Shown: positions 27,411 through 41,417 of the stretch, one piece after another | How the letters are laid out: each line of letters opens with the position of its first letter | Numbering within the stretch: the first letter of the stretch is position 1 | Assembly (NCBI GenBank): GCA_951406725.2 | Contig: OX597814.1 | Location: 27,900,001 to 27,964,000 of the forward strand | Reading direction: 5' to 3' | DNA length: 64,000 bases | Source of the DNA: Octopus vulgaris | Lineage: Eukaryota | The notes under the pieces: model-generated | Told to the model about the DNA's origin: nothing | What the model saw: the letters and a program-made list of their open reading frames with translations, nothing else | The model's database searches: none | Position numbers and translations under genes: made by a program

Positions 27411-27796
27411 AAATCTCAATAAATGTTTGTTAACGTTTCATTTTATTTCTAATAATCATTTTAATTTCTTTCAATAGTTAATTAAATGTTAACGTTTAAT
27501 ACATTGGATAGCATTTAAAAAAAACTGACGAGAAGAAATTACCCGGTAACGAAGAAGCAATATTAGTCAAATGAATAATATTCTTTTAATTACATTCGAC
27601 GAATTTCTTAGATTGTTAATCCTTACTGAATTAACCACGATAGCATTTACTTAACCTTTGCTTTTCTTACCGACTGCGTCATCGTTTTATTTAGTCTCTT
27701 GAAGTATTCTCTGTACCAACCAATATACACACTTCTATATCTATGTATTTTAATGATTCTTTCATCACTACTTCGACATTTACGGCAAAGATTATG

Positions 27797-27836
27797 CTCC
27801 GCTGATGAAGTCAATGAGACAGAAATATGTCCAGAG
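27797..27836 (+). ncRNA. Minimal type I hammerhead ribozyme motif (Penelope-like-element type), slightly decayed
   Basis: ctccg-CUGAUGA-a gtc aatga gac a-GAAA-tatg-UC-cagag; stem I has 4/5 pairs. Confidence 0.65.
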
Positions 27837-27989
27837 TTGTCTCCCGTACTCGACAAAATAATTGAAGTCACATGATTCATTATTTAATGCTGTTTGTATG
27901 TTATGATTTTTCAAGTTGTAGGAGAGATGGTAATGGTGGTGATGATGATGTTACTGGAAGTGATAATACTGGTGGTATTATTATTATTT

Positions 27990-28069
<80 letters not shown>

Positions 28070-28519
28070 GAGTGAGAGAGCAGTTCATGCCATCAAAGTG
28101 ACACTGGGGTAAAATATACGAAGCCCAATATACCCATCATGACTACCCGTCTGATAAAGGTACACCAGGCACATGCATCACAACCATATGTGCGCGACAT
28201 GGTGATCTCATATCAAGATAAACAGCACATGACCTTGCAGGTGGGGCCCAGTTAGAATTTTCTTCAGGTTGAGTAGCCCATCCTGCTCAAAAGGTCCCTG
28301 AATAAGGGTTGCTTTAGGATGTTGAACGAAACACCTATGTTTCCAGAGGTGAACCATTCAAACTCCAAAGAATCCCTCTCAACACATGGCCATGATGCTC
28401 CCCCACTACTTCTGCTCGTGATCAGAGATGCACGTATTGTCAGCCACTAAGGGACATGCTCAACTGGTTAAGGTCAAACAACTGACAAGCAAATCTGTGG
28501 TATTGAGCAGAATATTTGC
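28070..28519. mobile_element. About 450-bp element embedded in (ATT)n
   Basis: Complex sequence with pure (ATT)n on both flanks; no ORF or TIR. Confidence 0.6.
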
Positions 28520-28572
<53 letters not shown>

Positions 28573-29033
28573 GCAGCAGCAGCTAAATCGTTAGCACACC
28601 GAGCGAAATGCTTAGCGGTATTTCGTCTGTCTTGATGTTCTGAGTTCAAATTCCACCGAGGTCGACTTTGCTATTCATTCGATTAAATAAGTACCTATTA
28701 CGCACTGGGGTCTTCTTCTTCTTCTTCTTCTTCTTCCTCCTCTTCTTCTTCTTCTTCTTTGAGACTTTGTGCTTCCAGTAGAAAGGCTTATTATTATTAT
28801 TGGTTGAATCGTTAGCACACCGGACGAAATGCTTAGCGGTATTTCGTCCGTCTTCACATTCTGAGTTCAAGTTCCGCCGAGGTCGACTTTGCCTTTCATC
28901 CTTTCGGGGTTGATAAATTAAGTACCAATTGCGTACTGGGGTCGATGTAATCGACTATACCCAACCTCGTCAAATTTAAGGCCTTGTGCCTATAGTAGAA
29001 AGGATTATTATTATTATTATTATTATTATTAGC

Positions 29034-29066
<33 letters not shown>

Positions 29067-29067
29067 T

Positions 29068-29116
<49 letters not shown>

Positions 29117-29130
29117 AAGTAGTAGTAGTA

Positions 29131-29360
29131 GTAGTAGTGTCGGTGGTCGTAGTTGTAGTGGTGATGGTGCAACGTCGGGCCAGGAGCTAACCATCGGAAC
29201 CATCTCTCGCTTGCTTGTTCAGGATCCTGCCGGACTGACTATTGGAGACTCTCCAAGGAGGAAGGACAAGTGGTGTATCCCTGAAGTCATTATGGTCTCG
29301 AAGGTGCACCACTGAAGAAACCCGTCCATCGTAGGAAAATCAACCTTGTAATATCTCTCC
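29131..29360 (+). repeat. About 230-bp direct duplication, copy 1
   Basis: Differs from 32912-33139 by 3 substitutions and one 2-bp indel (manual alignment). Confidence 0.9.
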
Positions 29361-29514
29361 GCCGCCATCGTCCCCAACTTCCAATTGTCACTACCACTAC
29401 TACCGCCACCAGCTAACAAAGCAAGGTGGGCGCCTCTGCTTGAAATAGAAGCTAAATTTACCTTAAATCACACCACACGAGCCTACGGAGAGAGTGACAC
29501 ATTGGATAATATAA

Positions 29515-29869
29515 AACCTAGGAGCACTCCGTCGGTTACGACGATGAGGGTCCCAGCTGATACGATCAACGGAACAGCTTGCTCGTGGAATTAACGTGCA
29601 AGTGGCTGAGCATTCCACAGACACGTGGACAAAGAGTGTGACAAAGCTGGCCCCTTTGAAATACAGGTACAATAGAAACAGGAAGAAAGAGTGAGAGAAA
29701 GTTGTGGTGAAAGAGTACAGCAGGGTTCACCACCACCCCTGCAGGAGCCTTGTGAAGCTTTAGGTGTTTTTGCTCAATAAACACTCACAATGCCCGGTCT
29801 GGGAATCGAAACCGCGATCCTACGACCGCGAGTCCGCTGCCCTAACCACTGGGCCATTGCGCCTCCACA
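29515..29869 (-). mobile_element. SINE family C, tail type 1, 14-bp TSD
   Basis: attggataatataa at 29501-29514 and 29870-29883. Confidence 0.9.
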
Positions 29870-31363
29870 ATTGGATAATATAATCTTAAATACTGTATCT
29901 GAATAGAAAATATGATCATTGTAACAAGTGATAACAAGTGTTGAAAAGTACTAAATGGTTTTTCATGGAATTTTTGTGAAAGTATATATAGAATGGATGG
30001 TTTCCTTTTCTTTTTTCTTTTCTTTTTTCTTTTTCTTTTGCGAGACTGCTAGAACACTAAGAACACAAACAACAAATAAAGTGAAGTGTTTTGTTCAAAT
30101 ACGACTGGTGCTCTATTTTATCAGCTTCGGTAACATAAAAGCAAAGTCAACATCAACCGGATTTGAACTCGTAAAAACATTGCACTCTTAAAACCGCCTA
30201 ACAATTCGGTTAATTGCTCTTAAGCGGTACTTTATTTTATAGATTCTCAGAAGACTGAAAGCGGCCGGATTTGAACTCAGAACGGAACAAATTCAGCAGG
30301 ACCTTTTGTTTAACACATTGACGATTCCGTCAGTTCTTCGCTATTCTCTTATAAAAGAAAGAAGACGTATATATGCAGAATAATGTAATCCAAGATACAA
30401 AAATACATGATGACCACGGATGGAACGCCTTTGAGCTAGGGCTTAACAATAATAACAAAAACATCAGCAAAATACTCAATGATACCAGTTTTAGCCAGGT
30501 ACAATATCAAAGGTGCATCGTCAATTTAAACAGCTCCTATAATTGACTGATACATATTTTATCGATCTCAAAATTCATCCCTGGGGGGAATATTAACTCA
30601 TAGTGAAGGGGGTCATGCCATTTAATCTGTTTCTTCAGCAACAAAAATAATGATTTCTGAGATCACGAATCAAGGAGGCAGAAGCAATTTGTGAGTAGTA
30701 CGTGGCGTCGATCCCGGGTGGATGAGTAAAGTTTACTCTTACGGAATTTAATGTCAGGACGTAACAACATTTATTTCCATCTCCACCTCTTATCCTTCAC
30801 TCTACCTTTTATACCTTATACCACTCACAGTAATAAGGGTTCGTAATACAAGTCCAAGGCTGCATATATTGAGGAACCCATTAGCCCATTACATCGACAC
30901 CAGTATTTTACTGTTAATGTGAAGGTGTAGTGAGAAACATCAAGTGTCCTAGTCAAAAAGAAAGTTAACTGAGAGCAAATTGTGTGAATTCAACCGTTAA
31001 TCGAAACCTATTTACAAAAGAGGTATTCAGAGGTGCCCTCCTTCAGTTAAAGAGAAAACATACATCATTTATTTACAAAGCAATAATTTCTTTCCAATAC
31101 AATAGATTTTGTTTTATTTTCTCCCTCTCTTATTTTATTGATATTTTTGCATGTACTAGTCTAAAATAGCACTGAAAATCAACGATGACGAAATACAAAG
31201 TGCGAGGCGTCAAATGTCTCAACTAAAGAGACGCAATTTGTTGAGCTTTGTTATGTGAACTGATCTGTGTGTAATGACTCTAGCTGCTTCTGCATGATGA
31301 AGCATAGTGAAGGTAATTATAGGAGAAAACCATTAAAATCTTTTTAAAAAAAATATCCAAATC

Positions 31364-31712
<349 letters not shown>

Positions 31713-32022
31713 ATATTTGCTCCGTGAGTAGTTCCGTGCACATATTTAATTTTTTTGCTGATTGTAAACTTCTATTATTATCTTTAACATAAACGAGGAC
31801 GCGGGAATTAGTTATTTTGATAGATAATTGATTAATGGGATCGATGAAATGGAATAATGATGGACCGTCGGACAAAAATAAAACAGGTGGTGCCAATTAA
31901 AATACTGGAGTCAGGGTAATAGACTAAACTCCTAAAACTCTCATCCTATTCTGATCGTAGTCTAATAACTGAAAGACTATAAATCCTCGTTTCCGGTGTC
32001 GAGTTTGTATCTTGTAGCCTCT

Positions 32023-32636
32023 GTAGTTGATGATTTCATCTTCCTTGGCTCCAAAATAAATCGAGATAGTAACTGCACTCCAGAAATAAAGCGGCGGATA
32101 GTGCTAGGCAGAGAGGCAATGGTCAGCATGAACAAGGTCTGGAAGAGTAGAGACATCAGCCTCGCTACCAAATGCAGATTGGTGAATGCAATCGTCTTCC
32201 CAATAGCAACATATGAATGCGAGACCTGGACACTAAAGAAAGCTGACCAGAAGAGAATTAATGCATTCGAGCTTTGATGTTGGAGAAGACTTTTACGGAT
32301 TCCATGGACAGCAAGGCTCACCAATGGAGAAGTTCTTAACCAGATCAAGCCGAAACTGTCGCTAGAAGCTAGGATCACCAAGCATAGATTGGCATATTTT
32401 GGTCATATTATTCGGAGAAAATCCCTGGAGAAGGACATCATGCTCGGAATGGTCAGTGGCAAGAGAGGAAGAGGCCGACCAAGAACCCGCTGGTTTGACA
32501 CCATCAAGAGTGACACGGGAATGGACATAGCCAATCTGAAAGCAGCAACCCAGGATAGAACTGGCTGGAGGGCACTGATACATCGAGTAACCGAGAGTTG
32601 ACTTCGACTGAGCGGATAGATAGATGGAGATAGATA
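32023..32636 (+). pseudogene. 5'-truncated RTE (BovB-like) LINE
   Basis: Single frame: FIFLGSKI...EIKRRI...VFPIATYECETWT...AFEL*CWRRLLRIPWTAR...YFGHIIRR...GKRGRGRPRTRW...DRTGWR; (GATA) tail. Confidence 0.9.
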
Positions 32637-32911
32637 ACGAAGACGGACAAATTGAACTCTGGCCGAACACGACAGTAATTTTTTTTCCCTGTTGTCATTG
32701 AACCCCATGTCAGCTCTGGTTAGGATGGTCAAAGATCAAAAGGCTTTTAGGTTTGAATATTTTGTCTTTTCTCCCAACCTGATAATGTATCTGATAATAC
32801 ATTAACGAATATTTTTAGTGGTTATGATTACAAATGAGGTCTGGTTATTATTTCTAGCAGATCAAGCGGCCACATTGGCTCAAGGTAGCTATAACTGTTG
32901 CTGTTATTTAG

Positions 32912-33139
32912 GTAGTAGTGTCGGTGGTCGTAGTTATAGTGGTGATGGTGCAACGTCGGGCCAGGAGTTAACCATCGGAACCATCTCTCGCTTGCTTGTT
33001 CAGGATCCTGCCGGACTGACTATTGGAGACTCTCCAATGAGGAAGGACAAGTGGTGTATCCCTGAAGTCATTATGGTCGAAGGTGCACCACTGAAGAAAC
33101 CCGTCCATCGTAGGAAAATCAACCTTGTAATATCTCTCC
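32912..33139 (+). repeat. About 230-bp direct duplication, copy 2
   Basis: See 29131-29360. Confidence 0.9.
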
Positions 33140-33179
33140 ACAAGTGAAGCTAAAACCGTCATCATCATCGTCGTCGTCG

Positions 33180-33216
<37 letters not shown>

Positions 33217-33234
33217 TACTAATATATTATTATT

Positions 33235-33990
33235 AATTTTCCTGTGGAAGGAGCGCTTCCCAATGGTCAGGCGGTCAGTCTGCTGCCGGTACTCACTACG
33301 TGGTGGCTTAGCATGTCTTGGCTTCTGATGCCACGACATGCACTCAGGTTGCACCACGTACATCGATTTCTGGACGGTGTGCATGTGTGGGCGCCGTTTC
33401 TGAAGTGCGTCTTTCCGTAACTCATCTCCCTGACGGAACTACAGTCCTGAGGAGTGAAGAAAAGACCGAGACTGGAACCTAGAATGTCATAAGGTACTCA
33501 CAGCCCTCTACCGGTCGAGAAATGGGATCAGTGAAGTTCCACTTTAGCAATACACTGAGGATTAGTGGCGGAGAAGTGCGACGACGTTCTCAGGGAGACT
33601 CTGGGCGTCGACGAAAACGAATTGGGTAATCTGTTCCGGAGGACATTCCGGTCAGGGACCACTTTGGATAATTTCAAAATGTCCTTCACATGGCTGTGCT
33701 ACTGAGATGCTCTTCCAGTTCGAGATAAGCTCTACCGGCTTGTCCGAGGTGGGCGCAGAGCGACGAAACCTTTCTGCACGCACTCGTTTAGTGTCCGGGC
33801 ATTGCTGACCTGCGAGGTTATGTCGAACAGCTGCTGTCGCATGTGAGACGGATCCATCTGTCGGCCGAGTGGATGGTACCACTCTGAGTATATATACACC
33901 TATTAGTCGGAGAACAGGAATTGATGTGTCAGGACGGTCATATTACTATCTTCACCCCGCTCTTATTTTATTTTTACTATTGTATACTAT
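33235..33990 (+). pseudogene. L1/Tx1-clade LINE ORF2 C-terminal remnant
   Basis: LWKERFPMVRRSVCC...GGL, FTWLCY*DALPVRDKLYR and DETFLHALV*CP (zf-RVT-like ET..H...CP motif). Confidence 0.75.
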
Positions 33991-34029
33991 GTATGCCTCC
34001 CTTCTCTCTCTTATTGTATACTCTTTTCT

Positions 34030-34410
34030 CTTTTTTTTCCTCTTTTTTACTTGTTTCAGTCATTTGACTGCGGCCATGCTGGAGCACCGCCTTTAATCGA
34101 GCAACTCGAGCCCAGTACTTATTCTATCGGTCTCTTTTTGCCGAACCGCTAAGTGACGGGGACGTAAACACACCAGCATCGGTTGTCAAGCGATGCTGGG
34201 GGAATAAACACAGACACACAAACACACACATATATATATATATACATATATACGACAGGCTTCTTTCAGTTTCCGTCTACCAAATCCACTCACAAGGCAT
34301 TGGTCGGCCCGGTGCTATAGCAGAAGACACTTGCTCAAGGTGCCACGCAGTGGGACTGAACCCGGAACCATGTGGTTGGTTAGCAAGCTACTTACCACAC
34401 AGCCACTCGT
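34030..34410 (-). mobile_element. SINE family B
   Basis: Consensus-like. Confidence 0.9.
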
Positions 34411-34774
34411 GATATTTTCTACAAAAATATTTGTGTTTTTTTCTCTCATTTCATTATAGGTAAACCTCAACACTTGAAATCTGTTTCTATATTGTCTCCC
34501 TCAACCTTCGCCCTGGTGGCAAATACAAGAAATCCTTGTTATTATTATTATCATTTCACTTCTCAGAGCTTTCGGCTTCACTTGCTCCTGCTAATTCTGT
34601 AAAAGTGGACCTGTCTCATGAGGACTCTTTCCACAATACTTAACATCCCAGGGCCAATTTCAAAATTCTTGCCGTCCTCAATTGAGCAATTTTCTGAACA
34701 TGTTCTCCCCTCATATCAATTCCAATTTCTCCAACAAATGTCTCAAACCTGATTGTTAATGCTCCCAATGAAGG

Positions 34775-35088
34775 GGGACTTAGTGGCTTAGTGGTTAGGG
34801 ATATTCTACTCGCGATCGTAAGGTCGTTATTTCGATTCCCAACGGTGCGTTGCGTCATTTAGCATGATACTTTATTTCACGTTGCACCAGTACACTCAGC
34901 TGGCAAAAATGAGATGAAGCTGTGTGTCGAAGGACCAGCCTTATCTCACACCGTGCCACGCTGAATCTACGTTGAGGATACTCGTATGTGCGGCGCGCTC
35001 AACTACTTGCACGTTAGTTTCATGAGCAGCTTTTTCCGTTCATCGGTTCAACTACAAGCCTCATCGTCGCAATCGACGGAGTGACAAC
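34775..35088 (+). mobile_element. tRNA-SINE with CORE-like middle and family-C tail type 1
   Basis: gtggcttagtggttaggg head; ends cgtcgcaatcgacggagtg; absent from the right arm. Confidence 0.75.
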
Positions 35089-35406
35089 CCCTACAACCAC
35101 TGGAATAACAGTTACTTTCTTCATTGCCCACATTTGTGTAATCTAATCTTTTTGTGACGTGTACTTCTCAATATTTTCCAGTTCTTTATCATTCACTCCT
35201 GGCAGAATCGCTAGCACTTCGAGCAAAATGCTTAGCAGTATTTCGTCCCGGTTTTACGTTCTGAGTTCAAATACTACCGAGGTCGATTTGCCTATGAGCC
35301 TTTTGGGGTCGATAAAATAAGAACCAGTCAAGTGCTAGGGTCGATGTAATCGAGAAGCCTCCAACCCACAAATTTCAGGCCTTTGGTAGAAAACATTATT
35401 TATTCA

Positions 35407-35528
35407 ACGTAAAGTATACTAGCCATCTCAATATGGCTAACCACAAAGGGTGGGTGTTACTGTAGCTTTTAGCCCCAGGAGATCATCGTCTCCAGCTGGC
35501 TTTAGGCACACTATCTGTGCCCTTATGG
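35407..35528. mobile_element. Short hairpin-rich insertion with 10-bp TSD
   Basis: tatttattca at 35397-35406 and 35529-35538; absent from the right arm; related to 41265-41352. Confidence 0.75.
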
Positions 35529-36143
35529 TATTTATTCACATCTAAGTAAAAGCTAAATAACTTTACTAATTAAAACTGATTTGTAGGAATGGTCTACTGG
35601 GAATGTACACTTAATTTGTAACATTCATCACATACATATAATAATTAGCACCGATTAATAGCTATTTTTAATTATTAAATATGGCTTTACCCAATCTAGA
35701 GTACGGTTTATTTTGGTCTGAATTAATTTTGCTGTGATGACACACTAACCAAATTAGCTTAAATTTCGGATATGTCGGATGCTATTTTAAACTATTTTAA
35801 ACTAATCTAGGCTAGTTTAGGCTAATGTTTCTTATTTTACGACTGAAAGGTGTGACTTGAGGAAAGTTTGGTTAGTATTTATAGCACGACGAGCGCCTAT
35901 ACAGGGGACTCTTCAATTGTCTTTCTTTGTGTTGTGCCCCTCATACTTACCCCTGGTGGCAAATAAATGAAATCAGGGTTGGTAATTATCGTCGTAGTCA
36001 TAGTCGTTGTGGCAGCTGTTAGGGGTCGTCATCGTGGTTGTCGGGGGTGATTCGTCGTGGTGGTCACCGTCGTAGCTGCCGCCAGGGTCATTATCGTGAT
36101 CGTCAGGGTGATTCGTCGTGGTGGTCATTGCCGTGGCTGCTGC

Positions 36144-36177
<34 letters not shown>

Positions 36178-36397
36178 ATTTTAGACAGTTTTATTCGGCC
36201 CCATGCAAGTTTAATTTTCGAAGGCTCATCACAGGAATCGCATTCGTATATAAGGTGTGTGTATATACATACATACGTAGACACACGCACGCGCACATAC
36301 ACACATACATACATACATACATACACACACACACATATATACATAAATACACTCACACAGGCACACATATAAGCATGTATATTTGTATATATGTATA

Positions 36398-36455
<58 letters not shown>

Positions 36456-36507
36456 CTATATAAATACTCTATATATATATATATATATAATACATGATGT
36501 ATGATAC

Positions 36508-36542
<35 letters not shown>

Positions 36543-36754
36543 TGTGTGTGTATGTGCATTGAACCACATTATCCAATGTGTTCATTTTTATGACAGTATA
36601 ATATTGTGTGAAGGAGATTGGCTGCTCTTTCTTGCAGGTCGTTCAAACTGATAAAGGTTTTCAGTAATAATTATTAAAAGTAAGGCAACTAAGCATCATA
36701 AAGCTTTTACATTTCGATACCGATGAAGGCGTTGAAACGAAAACGAAAATATCC

Positions 36755-37143
36755 GCAGAAGTGGCTGTGTGGTAAGTAGCTTGCTAACCAACCACATGGT
36801 TCCGGGTTCAGTCCCACTGCGTGGCACCTTGGGCAAGTGTCTTTTACTATAGCCTCAAGCCAACCAATGCCTTGTGAGTGGATTTGGTAGACGGAAACTG
36901 AAAAGAAGCCTGTCGTATATATGTATATATATATGTGTATGTGTGTCTGTGTTTGTCCCCCTAGCATTGCTTGATAACCGATGCTGGTGTGTTTATGTCC
37001 CCGTTACTTAGCGGTTCGGCAAAAGAGGCCGATAGAATAAGTACTGGGCTTACAAAAAGAATAAGTCCCGGGGTCGAGTTGCTCGATTAAAGGCGGTGCT
37101 CCAGCATGGCTGCAGTCAAATGACTGAAACAAGTAAAAGAGTA
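36755..37143 (+). mobile_element. SINE family B
   Basis: Consensus-like. Confidence 0.9.
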
Positions 37144-37175
37144 ATATAGTATATTAATATCGATAGCTATAAATA

Positions 37176-37402
37176 TATTTCTTTACTACCCATAAGGGGC
37201 TAACCACAGAGGGGACAAATAAGGTCGGACAAAGGGATTAAGTCGATTACATCGACCCCAGTGCGTAACTGGTACTTAATTTATCGACCCCGAAAGGATG
37301 AAAGGCAAAGTCGACCTCGGCGGAACTTGAACTCCGAACCTTACGACAGACGAAATACAGCGACGCATTTCGCCCGGCGTGCTATCGTTTCTGCCAGCTC
37401 GC
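37176..37402 (-). mobile_element. SINE family A (tail 1)
   Basis: Consensus-like. Confidence 0.85.
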
Positions 37403-37741
37403 GATAACTATGAAGTAATTCGTAAGTAATTGATTAAATATGGTTATATAACGGATGTCATAGGTACCAGATGTGTCTTAAGTGGGTGTATACATTTATA
37501 CAGATAACAATGGTGTATTATCTGTCTCGTGAATTATCGGATAACTATAGTTTTTCTGAATTTCGGTACAAATTGATTTTCATTACATAACATCGAACAT
37601 TATGTAGTTAGGTGGGATTTACGTATTTTTATATGTATGTATGATATTTAGTTTTATTTCTAGATTCGTTGTCATCCGAGCGGAGAAAGAGTCAGTTTTT
37701 AACCTCGGATATTTGTGTATGTTTGTATATATATGTATATA

Positions 37742-38091
37742 CTAGCAGTATCGCCCGGCATTGCTCGGGTTTGTAAGGGAAATAACTATAAAGCATTTTT
37801 AGAGAGTTATAGCCAAAAAATGGGGGAAAAAATGATGGTAAATTTTTTTTTAGTTAAAAAGGTCGAGTTGCGTCCCCTAGACAGTCTGTGGTTTGTGTTT
37901 CTGATTCTCGATCCCATGTCGAATTTATCGATTTTTTTCAGAACTGGGGAAACTTTTCAAAATTTTCGCTGCGTTAGTTTTGAATTATGACATTGGGCTA
38001 TGTGTGTGTTGAAATCCGTGGTCAGGGTGAGGGTACAACCTGACAGACACAGAAACACACACAGACAAACTGCCGTTTATATATAGAGAGA
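37742..38091 (-). mobile_element. Non-autonomous Helitron
   Basis: A|TC...hairpin cccgagcaatgccggg...CTAG|T. Confidence 0.85.
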
Positions 38092-38559
38092 TACTCGTGC
38101 CTATAGTCGAATATCTAGACATGTATACATGTACTTATATGTTAAACTTTTGGAAAATTTTACATATTGTGTCAGTTTCATAAATGGTTTGTATCTGTAA
38201 TCTTCTGACCAACTTTCTCCTTTCTGGTTTTGAAAACCTTAATTTCTTAAGATTAGTGATGAGACAGTTTAATAATTAAAAACCTCTTTCGCTAAGGCTA
38301 CCAGACAAAGAATCACTGCCCACCCTTCCCAGCCAATGTAAGGTGGCGGGACGATCTTCACAATGGATTCAGTTGATGGCAGGAACCGTCGTACACGAGA
38401 CAGTAGGTGCTCATCACAAACTCAAAGGTCAGTTATAATCGGGCATAGAGCTAGAGCGTGCAGAACAGTTTCGGCGCTCAGTACGCAACTGGGGCAAGCC
38501 CAGTTGACCCTACTTGCATGACATTAACAACAGCGAGGGCGTTGACAAAGCCAACGACA

Positions 38560-39877
<1,318 letters not shown>

Positions 39878-39879
39878 AC

Positions 39880-40295
39880 AATATAGCGGCGAAAGAATTT
39901 GACAAGATCAGTAAATATAAAGACTTGCTAATAGAAATTGGAAAAATGTGGTATCTCAAGGCGACTACAGTACCAGTGATTGTAGGATCTCTAGGAATGA
40001 TAAAAAAAGATACTGAAACCTATTTAAAAATGATACCAGGCTTACCATCCCTACAGAAAGTGCAAAAAATCGGGTTAACTGGAACGGCTCATGTACTGAG
40101 AAGAGCATTATCGCTGTGAAAACAACATCCATTCATGAATTTATTTATTTATCAATTTTTTAAATACATATTTTACCTGTGAATTTGCGTGTGTAATCTG
40201 GGAATGCATACAATGAGCTTCTCTGCCCTCGGTGTACGGAAAACACTCGGCGAGGAATGGAAGAAAATTTGAAGACAGTAAGAAATAAAAAAAAT
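39880..40295 (+). pseudogene. Second R4/Dong-clade LINE 3' fragment
   Basis: Open frame NIAAKEFDKISKYKDLLIEIGKMW...VPVIVGSLG...QKIGLTGTAHVLRRALSL* plus 3' UTR; abuts (ATT)n. Confidence 0.85.
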
Positions 40296-41031
40296 AATTA
40301 TCCTTTCTGCTATAGGCACAAGGCCTGGATTTTGTGGGGAGGGACAAGTTGATAACATCGACCCCAAGTGTTTCACTGGTACTTAATTTATCGACAACGA
40401 AAAAGCGAAAGGCAAAGTCGACTGACCTCGGCAGAATTTGAACTCGGGACGTAAAGAAGGGCGAAATGCCGCTAAACATTTCGCCCGGCATGCTAACGAT
40501 CCTGCCTGCTCGCCGCCTTCCAAAACAACAACAACAACAACAACAACAATAATTATTATTATAAATCATATTCGAGGTATCAGATATTAAAGCTATTTTG
40601 GTTAATGTGTTATCAGAGCAAAACCGTGTCGGAGTGTTTAAGTTCATTATTATTCTAGATTAAGTGAAGTTGCATCACTTGTCTGGAAATAGCCATTGTC
40701 GTTTCTTATCAGTGGTATTCAAATGAGTGTGGCGAGTCATGTAGAGCCATCCTGTGAGCCGTTCCTTTTCACTGCACGGGCTAACAAGTCCGTCCTTGTC
40801 ACACATTGTGGCACGTTTCGTTTATTGTGAGGCTTGCCTTATACTTACTTACACGTGGGTGACATTATATTTGTTTTGGACGCTACGATAATAGCTTTGG
40901 ACTCCCTTGGGAATGTAGGCACTGATTTTTTTCCTTAGTTGGTTTATTGTCTTATTTGGAAAATTTGCGTAATGTTTGATTCCATATTTTTATGCTCAAT
41001 TTTCCCATTTTAAAGCGTTTCAACTTCATAA

Positions 41032-41417
41032 TCTTTATATATAAAAGTGAAGTTGTGTGTCTGTCTCCTACGAATTAGATTCCTAACTACTCCCACATTT
41101 TGCAGTGCAGTTTAACCAAAAGCGGGTATCTTATAGTCGTGATTCATATCGAGCCCTTCTGGGTATTAGCGCGCGTCTACGATGAGTCTACGATTTAAAA
41201 AAAATTACCATCATTTTTTCCCATTTCTTTTGCTATTATATAAGGGAAGTAACTCTCTAAAAATTTATTATTAAATCTCAGAACGTAAAAAGCTACAGTA
41301 ACCCCCCCCCCCTTTGTGGTTAGCCATATTGAGATGGCTATTATACTTTACATCTCTAAAAATGCTTATATAGTTATTTCCCTTACAAACCCGAGCAACG
41401 CCGGGTGATACTGCTAG
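41032..41417 (+). mobile_element. Non-autonomous Helitron
   Basis: A|TCtttatatataaaa...cccgagcaacgccggg...CTAG|T. Confidence 0.85.

Larger units (their letters stand above)
34553..36140 (-). repeat. Inverted segmental duplication, left arm (contains R4/Dong fragment, SINE A, AT-rich block, degenerate GTC tract)
   Basis: Colinear reverse complement of 38560-39768, including shared element junctions. Confidence 0.85.
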
